Below, piece by piece: positions 58,843 to 64,000 of a stretch of DNA of 64,000 bases. Made by a program: the position numbers and the translations under genes. Below the pieces are notes generated by a model. The model saw only the letters and a list, made by a program, of their open reading frames with translations, had not been told where the DNA came from and made no database searches. Numbering within the stretch: the first letter of the stretch is position 1; each line of letters opens with the position of its first letter. The stretch comes from Bacteriovoracaceae bacterium (lineage in GTDB: Bacteria; Bdellovibrionota; Bacteriovoracia; Bacteriovoracales; Bacteriovoracaceae): contig JBLWTJ010000002.1 in assembly GCA_048270185.1 (NCBI GenBank), forward strand, positions 96,001 through 160,000, written 5' to 3'.

Positions 58843-59719
58843 TCTTTATTCCCTTTAGAAAGCGATAGCGATCTGTGTAGTCTTTGATTAATTCAATACT
58901 CCCAAAATCGTATTCGCTTAAAATATCCCTTAAACGTTCCAGATGCAATTCACTGCCTTCCATTATGAACAGGCCACCTTCTTTGATCTTAGCGGCCACT
59001 TGTTTAAAGAAATTATTAAACCAATTATCATAATCTTGATCTTTTAAGTAAAGGGCCAGGTGCGGTTCAAATTGATGAACCTGTCCATGTACCTCACTTA
59101 GGTCGGCCTTCTCCATAATATAGGGAGGATTACTGATAATGATGTCGAATTCTTCGTTAATGTCATTTAAAAGATCTGATTCAGCGAACTCAATCTTTAC
59201 AGTTTTTGGGTAACGGTAGCGGTGAAAGAATTTATTGGCGCGGGCAACATCTAAGGCCTTTGGGCTAATATCACTCGCAATAATACGCGCGTTGATTTCA
59301 CCAATTTCCCCAGCAAGGCTAAGGGCAATGGCACCGCTTCCCGTTCCCACATCGGCAATCGTAAGGTCATTTAATTTGTTCTTCTTTATATACTCAGCTG
59401 TCCACTCCACCATGATTTCAGTTTCACTGCGCGGAATGAGGACATTTGAATTGACGTAGAAAGATGAACGATAAAAGAAAGATCGATTGCTGATATATTC
59501 CAGAGGAATACCTTGTTTAACTTTTTTTAGAAATTGTTCGATGACACCTTTATTTTCAGAAATATAGATGTCATCAAATTGTGAGTCGAGAATGCGACAG
59601 TAATTCTTAAGCTCTAGTCTCAATCTCACAAGATTAATTCCAGGGTAGTTTGCCTCTAAGAAAGACTGATTCTCATCGTAGAAATTACTAATATAGTCGC
59701 CAAGAGTAGTGAAGCTCAC
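58835..59719 (-). CDS. prmC: Release factor glutamine methyltransferase
   Basis: VLIPR.ETE, DVGTGSGAI, SNPPYI; follows prfA. Confidence 0.93.
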   Translation of the reverse strand: MSFTTLGDYISNFYDENQSFLEANYPGINLVRLRLELKNYCRILDSQFDDIYISENKGVIEQFLKKVKQGIPLEYISNRSFFYRSSFYVNSNVLIPRSETEIMVEWTAEYIKKNKLNDLTIADVGTGSGAIALSLAGEIGEINARIIASDISPKALDVARANKFFHRYRYPKTVKIEFAESDLLNDINEEFDIIISNPPYIMEKADLSEVHGQVHQFEPHLALYLKDQDYDNWFNNFFKQVAAKIKEGGLFIMEGSELHLERLRDILSEYDFGSIELIKDYTDRYRFLKGIKNG

Positions 59720-59723
59720 TTTA

Positions 59724-60794
59724 CTACTCTTCTTGACCTTTCATTAGTTCTGCTTGGTTGTGTGCAACAAGAGCGTCAACAACTGGCTCCATATCACCTT
59801 CAATAATTTTATCCAGTGAGTAAAGAGTAAGACCAATACGGTGGTCTGTTAGACGTCCCTGAGGAAAGTTATACGTTCTAATACGCTCAGAACGATCACC
59901 TGTTCCAATAAGTCCCTTTCTCTCAGCTGCTTCTTCAGCATTCTTTTCTTGAAGCATCTTATCGAAGATACGAGCAGCAAGAATCTTCTTTGCTTTTTCT
60001 TTATTCTTCAGCTGTGATTTCTGGTCTTGGTTATAAACGGCAATTCCTGTTGGGATGTGAGTCATACGAACGGCCGAGTCAGTCGTGTTAACGTGCTGTC
60101 CACCGGAACCAGAGGCACGCATTACTTCAACACGTACATCATTCATATCAAGCTCCCACTCTAAATCTTCAGTTTCCGGCATTACCGCAACAGTGATTGT
60201 TGAAGTGTGAACACGTCCTTGAGACTCAGTCTTAGGAACACGTTGAACTCTATGGACACCTGATTCGTACTTCATTTTTGAATAAACTTTCTCTCCAGAG
60301 ATTGAGAAGATAACCTCTTTAATCCCTTCATCATTTTCAGAAAGTGAATCGATCTCAACTTTCCATCCAAGTGAGCGAGCGTAGTTTTGATACATTCTAA
60401 GAACATCTCCAGAGAAGATAGAGGCCTCGTCCCCGCCGGCTCCGGCACGGATTTCAACCATAACGTTCTTATCATCAAGAGGATCTTTTGGAAGGAGAAG
60501 AATCTTAAGTTCATCTTCCATCTGTGGAAGTAATGGCTCGTTCTCTTCAAGAACTTCTTTTGCCATCTCTTTCATATCAGGATCATTTTCCTTAAGCATT
60601 TCTTTTGCTTCAGCAATGTCTTCTTTAATTTGCTTATATTTCTTATAAGCGACAACAACGTCTTCAAGACTTGATCTCTCTGAAGAGATGGCCTTAAATT
60701 CATCTTGTCTGTCATATAATGTTGGGTCTGCCATTTTTTCTGTTAGCACTTCAAAGCGCTGTACAACAGAATCAAGCTTATCAAACATACTCAT
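59724..60794 (-). CDS. prfA: Peptide chain release factor 1
   Basis: GGQ motif, PKT recognition loop, RTYNFPQ.R.TDHR. Confidence 0.97.
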   Translation of the reverse strand: MSMFDKLDSVVQRFEVLTEKMADPTLYDRQDEFKAISSERSSLEDVVVAYKKYKQIKEDIAEAKEMLKENDPDMKEMAKEVLEENEPLLPQMEDELKILLLPKDPLDDKNVMVEIRAGAGGDEASIFSGDVLRMYQNYARSLGWKVEIDSLSENDEGIKEVIFSISGEKVYSKMKYESGVHRVQRVPKTESQGRVHTSTITVAVMPETEDLEWELDMNDVRVEVMRASGSGGQHVNTTDSAVRMTHIPTGIAVYNQDQKSQLKNKEKAKKILAARIFDKMLQEKNAEEAAERKGLIGTGDRSERIRTYNFPQGRLTDHRIGLTLYSLDKIIEGDMEPVVDALVAHNQAELMKGQEE

Positions 60795-60823
60795 TTAAAA
60801 TCCTTTTGGTCATCGACAGCCTA

Positions 60824-62071
60824 TTAGCTATTCATTGACTCCATGAATTCTGCATTTGTTTTTGTCTTCGTAATTCTTTGAAGCATGAATTCCATTGCAT
60901 CAATAGTACTCATTGGGTGAAGAACTTTTCTAAGAACATAAGTTCTTTGAAGATCTAATGGATCCATTAGAAGATCTTCTTTACGAGTTGAAGACTTATT
61001 AATATCTAGAGCTGGGAAGATTCTCTTCTCTAGAAGTTTTCTATCAAGTTGAATCTCTGAGTTACCAGTTCCTTTGAATTCTTCAAAGATAACTTCATCC
61101 ATTCTTGAACCTGTATCAACAAGTGCAGTCGCGATGATTGTAAGAGATCCACCATTTTCAATATTTCTAGCAGCACCGAAGAATCTCTTTGGTCTGTGTA
61201 GAGCATTTGAGTCAACCCCACCTGAGAGGATTTTTCCCGATGGTGGAACAACAGTGTTGTATGCACGAGCAAGACGCGTGATTGAGTCAAGAAGGATGAT
61301 AACATCTTTTCCTGCTTCAGTTAGACGCTTAGATTTTTCAAGAACCATCTCAGCAACTTGTACGTGACGGTTAGCTGGCTCATCAAATGTTGAAGATACA
61401 ACTTCTGCATCAACGTTTCTCTTCATATCTGTTACTTCTTCTGGACGCTCGTCAATTAGAAGAACAATTAGTTTTGCATCTGGGTGATTTTGAGTAATCG
61501 CATTGGCAACTTCTTGTAGAAGATGTGTCTTACCAGCTTTTGGTGGAGCTACGATTAGACAACGTTGTCCAAAACCTTGTGGTACAAACATATCGATCAT
61601 ACGAGTTGAGTAATTACTTGGATTAAACTCAAGGTTGATTTTCTTTTCAGGGTAAAGTGGAGTTAAGTTATCAAAGAGAACCATCTTCTTGTGTTTCTCA
61701 GAAGTGTGGTCATTGATTGTTCCAACTTTTAAAAGAGCGAAGTATCTTTCGTTATCTTTTGGCGGTCTGATTTGACCTTCAACAGAGTCACCTTTTTTAA
61801 GTGCGAACTTTCTGATTTGGCTTGGTGATACGTAAATATCATCGGCACCTGGTAGGTAGTTGTATCCAGGAGATCTTAAGAACCCAAATCCATCAGGAAG
61901 GATTTCTAGAACACCTGCACCGAAAATATCCTGCTTTTCTTTGGCGTGGGCCTTAAGAATTGCGAAGATTAGTTCGTGTTTTTTCATACCAGCAGAGTTT
62001 TCGATTTTTGCCTTTTCAGCTAGATCGTTTAACTCTTGAATTTTCATTTCTCTTAAATCACTTAAATGCAT
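60824..62071 (-). CDS. rho: Transcription termination factor Rho
   Basis: [35 protein letters not shown]. Confidence 0.98.
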   Translation of the reverse strand: MHLSDLREMKIQELNDLAEKAKIENSAGMKKHELIFAILKAHAKEKQDIFGAGVLEILPDGFGFLRSPGYNYLPGADDIYVSPSQIRKFALKKGDSVEGQIRPPKDNERYFALLKVGTINDHTSEKHKKMVLFDNLTPLYPEKKINLEFNPSNYSTRMIDMFVPQGFGQRCLIVAPPKAGKTHLLQEVANAITQNHPDAKLIVLLIDERPEEVTDMKRNVDAEVVSSTFDEPANRHVQVAEMVLEKSKRLTEAGKDVIILLDSITRLARAYNTVVPPSGKILSGGVDSNALHRPKRFFGAARNIENGGSLTIIATALVDTGSRMDEVIFEEFKGTGNSEIQLDRKLLEKRIFPALDINKSSTRKEDLLMDPLDLQRTYVLRKVLHPMSTIDAMEFMLQRITKTKTNAEFMESMNS

Positions 62072-62283
62072 AGAAAGTCTTACTCCTGAAATTGTATCCG
62101 AATATATAGAATTGAATTTGGTTAGAATTGCCTCTAGTTGTGGCCCATTTAAGACATGGGTTGATTAGATTAAATTTGATATTTGATTTAATTAGGTGTT
62201 TTCATCATAAACCCTCACCTCTTGCTAGTCAAGCTGACTTTAGCCGTTGACTTGGGGCGCAAAACATAGCATAACTACTTAAT

Positions 62284-62742
62284 ATGAATGAGTTTTCAAA
62301 CTATCCCAAATTTAATGAACTTAAAGGACTAAATATCCTCTCTCTCGATTATGGCGAAAAAGTCATTGGTATGGGATTCTTTTGTCCTGGGCGTGAACCT
62401 TTTCCAATCGGTGCCGGGCGAATCATTAATAAGGGATTGGCCAATTTCTATAAAGAGCTTTCGGCCAAGATTGAAGACGAAGTCATTGAAGTTATCGTAA
62501 TGGGTATTCCTTACTATGTTGATGGGAATGAGAGTGATAAAACAAAAGAGCACAAGGCCCTCTTTAATGCATTAGTTGAGAGATTTCCTAGTGTAAAATT
62601 CTATCAACAAGATGAGACCTTAACGACTAAGTCTGCAAAAGAGAGAATGCTTAATTCTCCAGAATATAATTTCACTTATGATCCAACAAAAATTGACGAG
62701 CTTAGTGCTGTAATTATCCTCGAAGATTTTATAAGAAGTTAA
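62284..62742 (+). CDS. ruvX: YqgF/RuvX nuclease
   Basis: LDYG.K.IG, G.P, DE..TT, D..SA..IL. Confidence 0.88.
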   Translation: MNEFSNYPKFNELKGLNILSLDYGEKVIGMGFFCPGREPFPIGAGRIINKGLANFYKELSAKIEDEVIEVIVMGIPYYVDGNESDKTKEHKALFNALVERFPSVKFYQQDETLTTKSAKERMLNSPEYNFTYDPTKIDELSAVIILEDFIRS

Positions 62743-62777
62743 TTTCACAAAATATAAAAATACGATATTCTATTGTC

Positions 62778-63815
62778 ATGACAAAGAAACATTTATTTAT
62801 ATTTTTGGTGCTTGCACCTGCACTTTCAATTTGCCTTCTAGTGGCACACACTTATTACAATATTTATCACTGGCAATACTCTGGCCCTGAAACCGAATTC
62901 CAAATCAATTCAGGTGATACTTTCGGTACAATTAACTACCGTCTTGCTCAAGATAAAATTATCTACTCTCCTCGACTATTTCACCGTTATGTGAAGTTTG
63001 AAGGGAAACTAACAAGCTTTAAGGCCGGACGCTATATTATCCCAACAGGGATTACAATGAGTGATCTTCTCCAACTCCTTATTAGTGGAAAGAGTTTAAC
63101 TGTTCGAGTGACGATACCTGAGGGCTATAACCTCTTTCAGATAGCAAAGGTCTTGGCCGATGAGAAGATTGTTTCAGAAGAAGAATTTATAAAAGCTGCT
63201 AAAAATAAGAAGTTTGTACACTCGCTTGGAATTCCAGCTGCTCGTATTGAGGGATATCTTTATCCTGATACATATCAATTCCATGAGAAGATGAAAGCGC
63301 GTGCCATCATTAGACGTATGGTTCAAACTTTTAATGATAAGACAAAGGATCTTGATTTCTCAAAAATTAAGTTAACTAAGCATCAGCTAGTAACGCTAGC
63401 TTCGATGGTAGAAAAAGAAACTGGTGCAAAGTTTGAAAGACCGACAATTTCTGGAGTTTTTCACAACCGCCTAAAAAAGAGAATGAGACTTCAATCAGAT
63501 CCAACCACAATTTATGGGATCTGGGAAAATTACAAAGGTAATATTAGTAAGAAGCACTTAAGACAGAAAACGCCTTATAATACTTATAAGATTTCTGGCC
63601 TTCCTGTTGGACCTATTGCAAATCCAGGCTTAGCGGCACTAAAAGCGGCCCTTAATCCAAAGAAGCACGAGTATATTTACTTTGTTTCAAAAAATGATGG
63701 AACTCACGTTTTCTCTAAGACTTACAAAGAACACCAAAAGGCCGTGGATTTTTGGCAAAAGAACCGAGCTAATCGAGCAGGACGTTCTTGGCGTGACCTT
63801 AATAAGAATCAATAG
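62778..63815 (+). CDS. mltG: Endolytic transglycosylase
   Basis: VTIPEG, EGYL.PDTY, LAS.VEKE, LQSDPT, YNTY...GLP.GPI.NPG. Confidence 0.95.
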   Translation: MTKKHLFIFLVLAPALSICLLVAHTYYNIYHWQYSGPETEFQINSGDTFGTINYRLAQDKIIYSPRLFHRYVKFEGKLTSFKAGRYIIPTGITMSDLLQLLISGKSLTVRVTIPEGYNLFQIAKVLADEKIVSEEEFIKAAKNKKFVHSLGIPAARIEGYLYPDTYQFHEKMKARAIIRRMVQTFNDKTKDLDFSKIKLTKHQLVTLASMVEKETGAKFERPTISGVFHNRLKKRMRLQSDPTTIYGIWENYKGNISKKHLRQKTPYNTYKISGLPVGPIANPGLAALKAALNPKKHEYIYFVSKNDGTHVFSKTYKEHQKAVDFWQKNRANRAGRSWRDLNKNQ

Positions 63816-63826
63816 AGGTTTGAGTA

Positions 63827-64000
63827 ATGAAGTTATGGTCCTCTTTTGAGCAAGATTATATTTTAAAGAAATTAACCGACCTTTATGAGGAAGGTGCTGT
63901 TTTTAAATTCTGGCAAAATAACGAAGATATGCGAGAAGAATATACAGCGACTTTTAGTTCTGTAACGAGTGAGAAGTGCTCAATCAAGCTAACAAGAGAA
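63827..64000 (+). CDS. Partial hypothetical ORF running off the window
   Basis: ATG 63827 after GAGG; open to the end of the window. Confidence 0.45.
   Translation, partial: MKLWSSFEQDYILKKLTDLYEEGAVFKFWQNNEDMREEYTATFSSVTSEKCSIKLTRE

Noticed and set aside
52000..62600. Numerous 60-120 aa antisense or alternate-frame ORFs inside ileS, murA, prmC, prfA, rho and ruvX
   Set aside because: Shadows of well-supported housekeeping genes with no independent signals

Overview
AT-rich bacterial chromosome segment. Gene content (pal-cpoB without tol, GldAFG-like ABC system, TatT-TRAP, many orphan lipoproteins, type 2 IleRS) suggests a Bdellovibrionota predator such as Halobacteriovorax/Bacteriovorax; this is an inference. 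Left part (1-22 kb), mostly accessory: a qNor/NsrR nitric-oxide module; a ~10 kb integrase-less defence island (Septu-like ATPase+HNH, M48 peptidase, type I R-M) bounded by a 16-bp direct repeat of the tmRNA 3' end; the tmRNA gene; then two unannotated tandem modules, each with a 24-aa hydrophobic peptide and a divergent small RNA. Each sRNA is complementary to its own mRNA in two separated blocks, with every mismatch a G-U wobble. This candidate new type I toxin-antitoxin family is the best finding. It is followed by a secreted protein with a bacteriocin-like Cys-bracketed core plus two small membrane proteins, pcp, and a giant coiled-coil secreted protein. Right part (22-64 kb), mostly core genes: pal, cpoB, smpB, rsmA, tsaD, tdk-upp-hpt, nrnA, TRAP, maf, ileS, murA, prmC, prfA, rho, ruvX, mltG. 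It also holds a MITE-like inverted-repeat element and an ABC ATPase that appears to need an ATT start codon.
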